This document shows positions 25,279 through 37,756 of a stretch of DNA of 64,000 nucleotides, in pieces. Each line of letters starts with the position of its first letter. Position 1 is the stretch's first letter. This DNA comes from Antedon mediterranea (lineage: Eukaryota > Animalia > Echinodermata), in contig NC_092675.1 in assembly GCF_964355755.1 (NCBI RefSeq), positions 24,834,912 through 24,898,911 on the forward strand. The letters run 5' to 3'. The translations under genes were made by a program, and so were the position numbers. The notes below the pieces were generated by a model, which was not told the DNA's origin, did not search any database, and worked only from the letters and a program-made list of their open reading frames with translations.

Positions 25279-27179
25279 ATGTCTTCATCAGTATTACCAT
25301 CGTTTGTACGGAAGTTATTTTCTAAATATCTACTAATTACAAACACAGTAACATGCTCTTCACTACTTGCAATAGGTGATGTTATTGAACAGACGAGGGA
25401 AATCAGAAGAAACAGGAAAAATGAAAGCCATGCTAGCAAACATCACCATTCTTATAACTGGAAACGAACAGGTTTGTTTCTTAAAATGTCATGTTCCTTC
25501 ATCCAAGTTTCCTTTTTCATTAAAAATATGGAATTAACTTGCTAAACCAGTAATCCTTCAGAATACAGTGTATTATTGATAACCTCTAAATAATGAACAT
25601 CAAGTACGAATATTATTTTCTTTGTTTTTACCTTCCCTGGTTTTTACCTTTCCTGGTTTTTACCTTTCAGGTCGTATGGCATGTATAGGCTTGGCTTTAG
25701 GGCCTTTCAATCATTATTGGTATTTTTTCTTGGATCGATTTCTACCAGGAACCTCTGGTAAAATGGTGATCAAAAAGATCCTGCTAGATCAAGTTGTAGC
25801 AGCCCCATTTTTCAATGGAAGTTTTATTTTAGGTAATATATTTTAGTTTGTACAGGATTACATTTATCTTTTTTCTTCTATCTAAAAGAACTACTGTACA
25901 TACACAAATGGTAACATGGGCATATCAATAGGTCAATAGGCTAGTATAGTAGGTCAATTTCCTAGAAAAGTGAGGGTTAATAGATTTTCACAGACAACTT
26001 ATTAAACTAACTATATTCCAACTGCTATTATTTGTTTATGTTATAAAGGAATGGGTTTACTAGAAGGAAAATCTTTGACTGAAAATTTGGACAACTTCAA
26101 AAGCAAATTTCCAACTCTTTACTTGGTGAGTATTTTTTAATTCCGTCTTGTAAAATTGATACAGGTTTAGATGGTAAAAAAGTGAAATGAATCAAATTGT
26201 TTTAAAAGTGGTCACGCAAAGGCTAGTCCCACCAAGCACAGTATATATAAGGTAAGCACAGTGTACAAGGGTGTACTTGATGTGAATGGGTAAATAGGCA
26301 AAATTTACAACATACATCTATATAACAAAGAAATTAAATAGATACTTTTTACAAACAAAATTTCTAGTGGGTAGACCTTTTATGTGAAAATTATAGGTTG
26401 GTACTGAAGAATTTGTTCTGGTCAAAACTGTATTCATGCTCATATGAATAAAATATATTTTTTTGCTACCTCTTATTTTTAGAAAAAAAAACTATAAAAT
26501 GACCTGAATCACTAATGATTTTTCACAATATATAGTTTCACTAAACACGTTTCTGATACTACTAATTTTGTACTAAACTTTTAAAATTTACGTTATCGTT
26601 TCAACCATACCCAATATAGTTGCATTATAGTGGACTCGTACCTCATAATTCATTTTAGGGGGTACGATAGGGGTGTTTACTAAACATAGTCATTAAGTTG
26701 TATAGCTGGTAGGCTTGCTACAGGCTAAATTAACCAATGACCATGGCTGGTGCTTTATGTGGTATAAATCAAAATATTGACTTAGGCTATTTTTATGTTG
26801 TTTTTATTCATCCTGTTAGCTTTTAATTCTAACTATACATTTCATTTTTTCCTTCAAATAATGCTAATACACAGGCTATGATACATCATGCACAGGGATT
26901 TGATAAATATTTTACATTAAAAGTTGTACATATTGCTGACTTTTAAGCTTTTGTTCATTTTTCCCTGGTGTAATTGTTTTGGTGTCATCATTTGAATGCT
27001 CCTTCTTCTAGATGGATTGGTGTATATGGCCAGTTGCTCAAGCTATCAACTTTACATTTATTCCTTCCTACCTACGTGTCACTTACGTCAACTTTATAAC
27101 ACTCGGTTGGGATGCGGTGTTATCTTTCGTCCAGTTCGACATGACCCCTAAAAAAGACAAAGACATCAAAATCTTATGA
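25279..27179 (+). CDS. MPV17L2: Mpv17/PMP22-family protein, MPV17L2-like, isoform A (199 aa)
   Basis: Exons 25279-25471, 25671-25832, 26049-26125 and 27012-27179. Motifs LLITNT...GDVIEQ, WKRTGRM, GPFNHYWY..LDRFLPG, KKILLDQ, DWCIWPVAQAINFTFIP..RVTYVN..TLGWD..LS. Confidence 0.9.
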
Positions 27180-27243
27180 GGGTTATAATTTTCGTATCAT
27201 TATTTTATATTTATTATTTTCATTTAGGCCAAGTAAAATTAAG

Positions 27244-27384
27244 GGCTCATCTATAGTATCAAACTTTATGTGACAACAAAATGTGATGTGCCCATATATG
27301 GACATGATGATGTCATATTATTACCATAGTTGGGCACATCACACTTTTTTTTGTCAAAAGTAGTTTGATAGTGTAGACAGAGCT
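27244..27384. mobile_element. Harbinger-type MITE, family A copy 3 (opposite orientation), just 3' of the isoform A stop
   Basis: GGCTCATCTATAGTATCAAAC ... GTTTGATAGTGTAGACAGAGCT termini. Confidence 0.75.
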
Positions 27385-27442
27385 ACATTATTCAAATACA
27401 CGGTAGTAATTGGTCCTTTTTTAGCAGCAGAAAAAGGACACT

Positions 27443-27635
27443 CAGGCCTTGTCTTTAGAAAATGATATAGGTGTGCTACAAATTGCACCCCTCAATACAT
27501 TCAGGTGTGCTGTTTGTATTTTGGCATGTAGAAGTTTACCAAATTTAAGTGTGTTGTAAATCGCACTCCTCAAGGGCAGTTTAGGAGTGTGTTAGGTGAG
27601 TGATCGCACTCGCTCACCTTAAAAGACATGGCCTG
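27443..27635. mobile_element. Possible hAT-like MITE
   Basis: TIRs CAGGCCTTGTCTTT / AAAGACATGGCCTG with internal GTGTGCT..GCAC repeats; no clean TSD. Confidence 0.45.
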
Positions 27636-28508
27636 TACCCTTTGTCAATATATCACAGAATACGGTGCAATATATAATAATTATTATCTAACAAATCTAT
27701 TAAGATAGATTTGTATAATATTATAATACCCATTACAGTTTTAATATACACTATTAAATTCCTAATTGAAGGCATTAATTGCCAAAACCGATTTAGTGCT
27801 GCAGTCCAAGTGCTCATAATGATCTCTTGAGCTCCCAGTGTTTAAAACTGGTCTTAGCGACCATTCACAGTGGAAGCTCATTCTGTTTTCGCACCATCAT
27901 TTGGTGAAAAATAGGTCATTTTTGTCTTTTGACGATTCAAGGCTGATTCCCAGTGATGACTTATTTTATGAGGGTTATTAGCTAAATTAAATTGCACTGT
28001 TTAGTTGAAAATAAAGGGAACAGAGATCCATGGAGCAAGTAGAAAGATAAAATGATGATATGACATGATACATGCTTAGATAGAGATTTTTGTCATCTGC
28101 TGCTACAGCTGCATCGATTGTTTTAAGTGATTACTAACAAAATAACAATTATGCAATAACAAATAATAATAATATATAATAACTACAACTATGGCACATA
28201 CAGTACTTTAGTAGGTTTTGGAGAAGTAACATACGGTGAGTAATAGAAGTATTCTGGGAATCAAGTTTAAGATTTTTAACTAAATTATGTATTGCTGGTC
28301 CTCTAGTTGTCTAATTGTGGTATATTTAATTATATTTTGGTCCTGGTGTTTTTAAAAACTGTAAAACCATAATTGCAGCTTTAAAGAGAAAACAAATGAT
28401 GTTTTATTATTGTAGAAAGATAGCTGTATTTTGTTGGTGCTATTTAAAGCTTTTATTTTCAAGGGTATATTTTAATATAAAAAATGGTAATATCTAGTGA
28501 GACGTAAA

Positions 28509-28626
28509 AGCTCTGTCTACAATATCAAACTTGTTTGACAAAAAAGTGTGATCTGCCTAAAATAGTAGTGATATGACGTCATCATGTCCAAATATGGGCA
28601 CATCACATTTTTTGTGTGTAGAGAGC
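28509..28626. mobile_element. Harbinger-type MITE, family A copy 4
   Basis: AGCTCTGTCTACAATATCAAAC start and GTGTAGAGAGCT|TTA end. Confidence 0.75.
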
Positions 28627-28638
28627 TTTAATACACTA

Positions 28639-28979
28639 GAGCAATAACTATCGACCATAAATAGATAAACATACATTTTTCTTGGATAAAACGAAAGAAA
28701 TTAGAACAGTTTTCGTTCTAGAACTATAGGAAAAATCATGTATGCTGTATTTAATAAAATAATATTTTTGAAAGTCCAATCAAATGACGTCATGATCAAT
28801 ACAAACAATAAATCGTTGCATTGTATCGATATTATTGCTCGTACTAATCATGACGTTATTTGATTGGACGTGTGGAAATATTATTTTCATCAAAGGCAGC
28901 ATAGATGATACTTTTTAAAATTTATTTGTTAGGTATTAAAAATGCATATTTATCATTTAATCGTCGATCATTATCGCCC
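28639..28979. repeat. ~340-bp imperfect foldback (palindromic) element
   Basis: GTCCAATCAAATGACGTCATGAT (28774-28796) pairs with ATCATGACGTTATTTGATTGGAC (28847-28869); complementarity extends outward with mismatches. Confidence 0.7.
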
Positions 28980-29850
28980 TATAATAAATGGGCCTTTAGA
29001 CTTTAGATATTAAAAAATACATTGCCTGTACAGTACTGTATTGCCTGTTATTGATAACAATAAGTATTTTACATAGTACGTAATATTGCTGTGGTTTTAA
29101 ATTAATACTGTGCGAAATTCAGGGGAAAAATGATATTATGTTTACATTACTACGGAAAACATGATTTTAAATGTGTTAAATAGGTTTCTTTAAAATTGAT
29201 GGAAAATGAGTGTATAGATTTGTAGTGCTTATATGAAATATAAGGAAGGATTGATACTTAACAATGTCATCTTAATACAATTTCATCTTAATACAATTTT
29301 AAAATCTGTTTCAAAATTTAATAAATGAATATATTTAAATTTCTCTTCTTTTGTTATATCATTACGGTACATTGTAATTAAACTAAATGTTGTGAAGCAA
29401 CATTTAGAAAGTAGGTGAATGACGTTACATAAAAAATAATTCTCATTAGCACAAAAGGAATAGTTTGATGTGTTTTTTTTATATTGTATTGAAATCATCA
29501 TAATTTATGCTTAATTCTGAGATCATGCAATTATGGATGCAATCAATGATAACAATTGCACAAAAACGGACTTATCATACTCGTCTCTGTCTCAGAATTC
29601 CATAATATGTAGATTTGATAATATTTGATTGAGACTAAATCTGTTTATTGGTTATCTATGCGATGTTGTTCATCTCTTAGCACGACAAAATTAAGAGTTT
29701 TCGGTTGAAATCTTCCGATTTCGAAGTTACGCCAGGCAAGCAAGCACACCCACAATCTGTACATTCTATATAGTAACTAATTGTGAGTGAGCGAGAGAAA
29801 TACAGATTTAGATTTAGTTAATTATACCTCATCTGTGTTTAGATAATTCT

Positions 29851-29975
29851 TGTTGATATAAGTTTGCGGTATGTTAGTTCTGAAAGGAACTGTTCCTTTC
29901 AGAACCAACATACGTGGTGTACCGCAAACTTATATCAACATTTGATTTCGCCATGCAAACCTTCAAACAATATAT
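29851..29975. mobile_element. Inverted-duplicated retroelement end fragment (Penelope-like?) forming a ~90-nt hairpin
   Basis: Hairpin 29851-29940 centred on GTTCTGAAAGGAAC-T-GTTCCTTTCAGAAC, bracketed by the direct repeat TTAGATAATTCTTGTTG (29839 and 29975). A one-armed homolog lies at ~49250-49340. Confidence 0.6.
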
Positions 29976-30051
29976 TAGATAATTCTTGTTGGAAGATAAA
30001 CCTTTGCGTAAGTTTTTGTTACTAGATAATATTGTTTGTGTTTTTTTACAG

Positions 30052-30231
30052 ATCGATTGGTTTATATGGCCGGTTACACAGAGTATTAACTTCTTGTATG
30101 TTCCATCTCGCTTTCGTGTGGTCTATGTTAATGTGGTTGTCCTTTTTTGGAATGTGTTCATGTCTTACGTAATGCATGATTCAGAAGGCAGCGTATTAGC
30201 AAACAAAGTCACAAGTTGGCTATCAAAATAG
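30052..30231 (+). CDS. MPV17L2: MPV17L2-like alternative terminal exon B (isoform B, 203 aa)
   Basis: Strong TTTTTTTTACAG acceptor in phase 0; IDWFIWPVTQSINFLYVPSRFRVVYVNVVVLFWNVFMSYVMH...* is paralogous to exon A; AATAAA at ~30244; no duplicated upstream exons seen between A and B. Confidence 0.8.
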   Translation: MDWFIWPVTQSINFLYVPSRFRVVYVNVVVLFWNVFMSYVMHDSEGSVLANKVTSWLSK

Positions 30232-31890
30232 CAAAATCAATTAAATAAAAAGTATTATTTATTTAAATAATGTATATTTCTCGCACAAAGTCCTCAAATA
30301 ATTATGTTAATGCATAGAAGGTAGGCTATTACACGTCCGCTTTAATCGAAAAGCTGTAGAAACTGTGTTAAGTATATAAGGGAAGGAATATAAGAAATAT
30401 AGGCCTAATAATATAATGGCGGGTCTCAATCAAATAATATCTATTTTGAGCTACTTTCTATTTATTAATAATGTTGTTTACACTCGCAAATGACAAGCTG
30501 ATTAAATACTGTAATAGTAATTAATTATGAATAATAATAATAAAAATTGTATTTTTACTCATAGTGTTGCCATCGAGGTAATATACGTACGAATAAACAT
30601 ACTGGAAATTATAAAAAGAATTGAAAACATATGGAAAAAAGTGCATTTTATTGGTTTTTTATTATTAAGATACCAGTATAAGTTGTATGTCGTTTTGACG
30701 GGTTAATATTTAACGAGAGATAGGAGTTAGTGCCAAGCACCCGATGGTTGTAGAATATAATTAAAATGTGGAAAACGTATATAATAGTTTCATTCAATAT
30801 ACATTTTAATTTAAGAAGACTACAGTTAAAAATATTTGAAAATAATTATTTGATAAAGACAATAATTGTACAACGACAAAAGTCTACAGAAAACACAATT
30901 TTTATAAGCATTAACACAATTAAGACAAAGTTTGCAATGATGATTACGAGGACATTAAGTACTAGGAAAATAGCCAATTAAAAGGTCCTGTTGCTCTTCT
31001 TGAAGTGGGGGAAACGGTGGGGTAGTCAATTGGTTGCTGGGCCAAAAGGAGTAGAAAGGAGGGTAGGTTGGATGCATGAATGAAAGGTATACCGCTGCTG
31101 GGTGCGTTTTGTGTGTGATCGACCCAGCAGCCGATTGGCCTTTCTAACAACATGGGGGATAAACATTCAATCTACTGTCAATGAAGGTCGTTGAAAGAGT
31201 ATGGAAACAAATATTTTTTGGGTTGAAAGACAGACTCCAGGAACACTTTCCACCAGCAACCACAGACCGAAAAAGGCAACGATGGTTGTTAATCATTTTG
31301 TTAACATAATCTAACATTAGGCAATTGGAATTTTGAAATATTTTACGTTTAGCCTACCAGCAAAATGGAGGCCATGTGATGGAGAAGCGTGTCTATATTT
31401 GTCTGTCATTCCTTATTCAAATTATTCATAGAATCGTTTTAGTAAACAATAATACTCTGTTTTTTTTATAACGATGGTAGGCCTATTCATTAATTCTATT
31501 TAAGAATTATGGCTTGGAATATCTTAATTCGGAATAATAATTGTTAGCATAAATCGGCATGTTGTTTACCCACTGCGCGTTGCTAAGCAGATTACGCGCC
31601 AATGAGAAGACGGATTGATTTGACAATGAATAGGAAATAGGTTTACCTGCATACGTACCAGAAATATTGATGATTATTCAAGAAAATCTAGTACAGCGTT
31701 CATCTTGCATCTTAAATATGAGATTTGGTTTTGAGTGTTAAAATCATCGTTTATTGTACAAATTAATCGGAAGCGAAACCTTACTATCGTGTACGAGCGT
31801 TCTAAGTTATGAATTGTGCAATATTACACGCGTAAACGTATGCAGGTTTCTAATGATTTTGTTTTGAAAAATCATAGAACAATTGAAGAA

Positions 31891-32237
31891 ATGGATAACG
31901 AATTGCAGTATGTGGAAACAAATAATTGGCTTGTACCGTGCTTTGTAGCAATTGACTGTCTCATAGTAATCTTCCTAGCTGGCCTTATTTATCTGGTCAA
32001 CTATAGTGAGTATCTTGAACCATTTTCAGCAGGTTTTTTCTGTGAAGATTTGTCAATAAGGATGCCTCTTCCAAATGATGAAATTGCACCGGAATATACT
32101 CTTTATACAATCACACTGCTAGTTCCTGTGGTCATGGTAAGTTTTATACAATACTTTAACCTTAATAACATTGCCTATACCTTATAGACATTTGGTATAA
32201 ATCTTGCTACAAATATAGTAGGTAAAGAAATATTCAG

Positions 32238-32297
<60 letters not shown>

Positions 32298-35200
32298 TTT
32301 GACGAAACCTTTTCATTTTTTGCGACGTTTTTCTTTAAAAAGCAATACAGTACTGTATACTGATTACGGTACCTTTAACTACTACTAAATTTATCAAAAT
32401 AACAATGTAGACCTACTGTGTATATTGATTTCATAAATTTCCGTTTGTAGACAAATGAATCGAAAGTGAAAGACTTTATACAATAGTATAATAATTAGGC
32501 CTACCCATTTCATGAATGATAAACTTAATTAAACTTGAGATTTGCATAGTCTGCTTCAGCATAGGCATTTATTAAGAAAAACGGTCATTATTATGCAACA
32601 ATAACCATTAAAAAGGTAATAAAAAATGCACCGCATTGATATAATGAGATTGGTTACTTCTGATGCAATTCGGCTCCTGATTAAAAGAAATGAACAGAAA
32701 TTTATCTCCTCCTATTCCGTTTGTGAATAATAAACATAAACCACCTTCAATGATGTCCTGGAGCTTGATTCGCGAACAAATCTTAAAATCGTTGCAATAC
32801 ATGTGAACATATAAACTAAAACACTAATTTACAATAAGCGTATACACAATAAGTGAGGGCAATTAAGTTGCACTCTGCTCTGATATCAATAACAAATGAT
32901 CAACAAATTCTCTATAGTTCCACCCAATGGTTGCTATTGCTATTTTAAATGACTATAAATATTACAAAATAAAAATAATATTGCTTGAATATTGTTTTAT
33001 TATAGGTTGTCATAGGAGAGACCTGTATTGCTTTAAAACCAAATTCAAAACATCAATTATCAGTTTACGGGAAAAAAACTATCAGAAGTTGTAATATATA
33101 CCTGACAATTGTCATAAGGAGAGTAATTCGTTTTACAGGTATGCTATTTTGTATATTATTCAGGCCACTGTTACATACATACATAGGTGCTTCACGCTGT
33201 TTGTAATTTACTAACTTGAGATGGTTATTAGGCAAAAATTAAATTTACCAATACATACCAAACATCACTCGATCAATCGATTATAAAATCATTTTTATTT
33301 TCGAAGATTTGTAAGCGTTTAGGAAACTAATCCGTGAACCTAAAAGCTACCAAAATCCAGAGAAAAATCTGCATTCCATTTACCAGCTTACTTTTATTTT
33401 ACTTATACATTATTAATTTTATTAATTAGGTACGGGTTTAGTGGGAGGATTGATCACGTGGTTGGTCACCGTCAGTCTACAGTTAGTGACTGGACAACTT
33501 GCCCCTTATTTTATTAGTGCATGTCAACCTGATTGGTCCCTTGTGAATTGTAGTGCATTTGTAAGCAAGTATAACTGCAGTTCATCGGCGGATACAGACC
33601 TCTTAAGAAAAGCAAGGTAGGTATAGAAGGAAGCTATGAAATATGAGATATTGATCGAAATGGACTATTGATTATGTTATCATTCTTATATATGATACAA
33701 TGTAAGAGATAATAAGGATAATGTTAATGGTTATTTATTAATAGTAATTAACGAAGCTGAAATAATGGTTATTGATGATCAAAGATATAATAATTTAATA
33801 ACAGTTGAAAATGCTATATTTTATATGAACAGTAATAATATGACATAAACAAATATTTCTACAACATTGATATACAGTGTGCATAGGCATATGCATTTGC
33901 ATTTTGTACTGAATTTTATGTTTGTATTATAATTTTAAACCTCGATTATTGCTAAGCAACAACAATTATAATCTGTGAATTCAGTTCATGTTTATTTAAA
34001 AAGGTGTGTGACATTCTTGTGAACGGATCGATATATGACTACGTACTACCTCACGACAGGTGAAATAAAAATATTCGAAAGAAGTTGAATAATTAGGCCT
34101 AGACCTACCATACAAAGGTCACAACGTGATGTTTTTCTTATTTTGATCGCCTTTCTACTCCATTAGCGAATAAAAAAAGCTATATTATAATTATGGTTCA
34201 TGTTCATCTTATGTGGGTTCATCCCACTTTTATTTCCATACATATGTTCCTATCTTTTTACATATATTTTCTCTAACACCATTTTCATTTCAATACACTA
34301 TACATATTATTATATTAACAATGTTTGTTTTCATCATCGGTTTACATACCTCCATTTTTTTAAAGAGTTTTGTTCATTTGTTTACATATTATCACATTTT
34401 CTTATTTTTATACATACATTATCTATAACACATTTTCATTTTTTCTTACATAGTCGTTTTGGGTTTTTTTCATCTACATGCATATTTATTTCTTCATACA
34501 ATTATAATACAATTTATGTTTAATAAATCCATCAAAGAAAAAAGAAAACAAATACACACAAAAAATACAAATTTTGACTGTTTTACTTTATCATTTTGCA
34601 ATTATCTATTCATTTATTATCTCAATTAGTACTTTGATACTCACATCATTGACATTTTTCTACATTTGGATTTTTTATACACAACTCAACAAAACACAAC
34701 AGACACAGAAACCTTACATTTTGATTTGAACGGTTCTGTGTATATGCGTGGACCTATGTTAGATATTTACAGGTCCATGGTATTTTTAGTCATTTACTTT
34801 CTTAACATTTTTTATATAATGTAGCTACTGTATTACCATTTTCATTTATCAAATGCTTTTTGTGATAATAATTAATAAAAAATACAGTTTTTACCAACCT
34901 TCTTACCATTCATCATGGTTTTTTATCATCAATCTATAAAAAGCTTTTCACATCTTGCCTTTTTTTCTTTCTTTTTTTCAAATCATCTAGTTAAAATACA
35001 TATTTACAAACCATACAATATAGTAGCACTAAAAAAACATAATAGATCAATCATTGTTTTCATTATTATTATTATTATTATGGTTCATTTTAATGTAGCC
35101 TATATTTTTTTCAGAATGTCATTTCCATCTATCCATGCATCAATGTGCGCTTATTCATCTGTTTTTGTTCTTGTAAGTGTTACGTTATATTTATTATTTG

Positions 35201-36373
35201 AACATTAGGTCTTTCCCATTAAATTTAAATTGAATTTAGTGGGAGTTTAGTTTTGGAAAAAGTGATTTTCTAAAAACATTTTTGGTCGATTCATGCCTCA
35301 AAATGTTCTTATTCATGTTCTGTAATTGTTATCGGTGCAAGATGGGATACACTATTGACCCCTGAATTCCTATATCATTACCGTCTTAATTAATTGTTCA
35401 TATATAAAGCGTAAAAGTGGTAATTAATAAGCCCCAATATTACATATTGAATACGGCAGTAAAACACCGACCGTTAATAATTGACTGGGAGACTATATTC
35501 ATAAACTCGGTATAGGTTTCAGAGAGGGTTAATTTCTTGATATGTTGAATAAAACCATAATCAATCAAAACGCTTGCTAACTTAACCAAAATCAATTTCA
35601 GATTTATCTTAGCACAGTGGGTAGGATAAGATATAGCCGTCTTTTCTCACCTGTTATCGGGTGTGGATGTGTTTCAGTAGCATTCTTGTTGTGCGCTTCT
35701 CGTGTTTCATCGTACATGAATCATGTTAGTGACGTAATAGCCGGTTTTCTTTTAGGAGCATCAGTTGCAGGATACGTAGTAAGTATTCAACATGTAACAT
35801 TTTTTTTTTAATTTCTAGCTAATTTTTATTAGCTTTGATTTGTTATTTGATATCTTACTATTCTTTTTCACAGAGTATGAGTGTGTTGCGAAGTTTCTTT
35901 GAGAATTCTGACGGATACTCATACGCCGGTGAAGAAATATTCTCATTCCCAACCATGCGTCTACCCCGAGCAAATATATCGCCTACAGTACCACCAACCA
36001 TTCCAACCGTAAGTTATGGGCACTGCACTTTACTTTAGGGCCTAAAACCGTTACGTGCCCAAAAGGGCGAATATTTTTGTTTATTAATTTCCTATATTGA
36101 TATTGATGATAATTGCTATTAAAAATTACAAAAATAAAGAACGAAACTTCAAGATTTTGTAGACAATAATCCAAAACGCTATATATGCACTCCGTATACT
36201 ACGCGATGTAAAATAAATTTACAATAAAACAAACCCAAGTATAAATAATAAATATAAATAAAAATATGAATACTATACAAATTTCAACCTTCATATTGCA
36301 GAATGATGCTCCGGCATACATGAGCCCATCTTACGCTTTATATGGAATACAATGGCGCGAAAGATTCTTTTAA
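31891..36373 (+). CDS. Phospholipid phosphatase-related protein (PLPPR/LPPR/PRG type, PAP2 fold), ~335 aa
   Basis: Exons 31891-32136, 33006-33138, 33430-33616, 35115-35172, 35602-35778, 35874-36008 and 36302-36373 (1008 nt). Motifs GFFCEDLSIRMP, IRRVIRFTG, QLVTGQLAPYFISACQP, RMSFPSIH, SRVSSYMNHVSDVIAGF. The last exon is less certain. Confidence 0.88.
32241..32296. repeat. (AAT)n microsatellite
   Basis: Perfect trinucleotide run. Confidence 0.98.
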
Positions 36374-37756
36374 AAGGAGGAAACTGTCACGTGATTATCA
36401 TTAATTTTACAGATTGATTACACCATAGCATGAGAAGAGTTCGGAAATAACTGCTATAGCTGGATTATAACAGCGGAAGAGTTTCACGACAATTATGGAA
36501 ATGTAGAAAATCTTTACATAGAAAGTAGCTTTAGAGTAAAGGAACTCAAAATGAATTTAAGAGTGAAAGCTAATTATTGAAAGTTCATTTAGTTTTCCGA
36601 CTGCTAATCACGCATTATGTGTAGACCGGTGTAAATGAAAAAACTCTTGAGTCAGTTGGGAATAATAAGAATCTAAGCAATGCGAGTTTGAAATTTGAAT
36701 CCGAAGATGTCGATTGCAAATATTATATAACCTTAGTTATTTTTAACGACACAGTCCAACTTGAAATAATATTGTGTTGATCTAGTTAATATAAAAAGCA
36801 AGTAAGTACTTCAATCACGTTTTCAATTCGACTGTCAATACGATGGTCCCATCTTCTGACATCATTCAAGCTCAGAAAATAAGAAGGGTACCACCATCAA
36901 CGATGCAGTGATTCTAGCCATGGAAACATAGTTCATGGTTCATTTTATTCATGTGACATACAATTGCTCAAAGTTAAAAGGTTAATACAATAAAATGACA
37001 TAGCAACAAAATTCAACGACTTAACAACGGTTATTAAAATGTCTAATTGAGAACGGAATAAAGGAATTAAGAAAACAATTAGAAAGATCAAATGTAATTT
37101 TAATTACTAAAAGTCGGCAGATCATTATTATTAACATTAATGTGTAGCAACCACCTGCTTCAAGTTCCCAGTAAAAAAAACAAAGCTAAAAGTGCTATTT
37201 CAACATTTAATGAGTTTCAAGAATTTTTACAATTTTCTCTTACATTATTTTAAACATATACAGTATTTGTATGTGAGCAAATAATACAGGCTATAGATAA
37301 ATTGTAGTGTATAAGCCTATTAGTTGTAAGTATTATTCTTGAGTGACTGCGCGGTCACTAGGCGTTTTCACCGGAATGAAGAAATAAAGACCAATGTATG
37401 GTGAGAAAGAGAGAGCTTTATTTCTAAACATAACCATTATATACAAAATGTCTTACGCAGAAAACAAATGTCAAAAAGGAATAATTATTTATTCATAAAA
37501 TAAACATCAGATCGTGCATATAAAGATTAATATAAGGCTTATTGCCATATGTAATGCAATATAGAAAAGACAACAACCAAACAAGCAAGTAGTTATTAGT
37601 TTATATGTACCGGTGTAATATATAACATATTATTAATATAAACAATCAAGTGTTAGTAAACATTTAAACAAAAATTTAATCAAACCAAATAATATTGTAT
37701 TTTATTATTCATCTTTACTTTGACGTAAGCTCTATGCATGTTTTGCAATAACAGTT

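Noticed and set aside
34200-34523. Hydrophobic F/I/Y-rich ORFs
   Set aside because: Low-complexity T-rich intron sequence of the PLPPR gene, possibly an old LINE 3' UTR.
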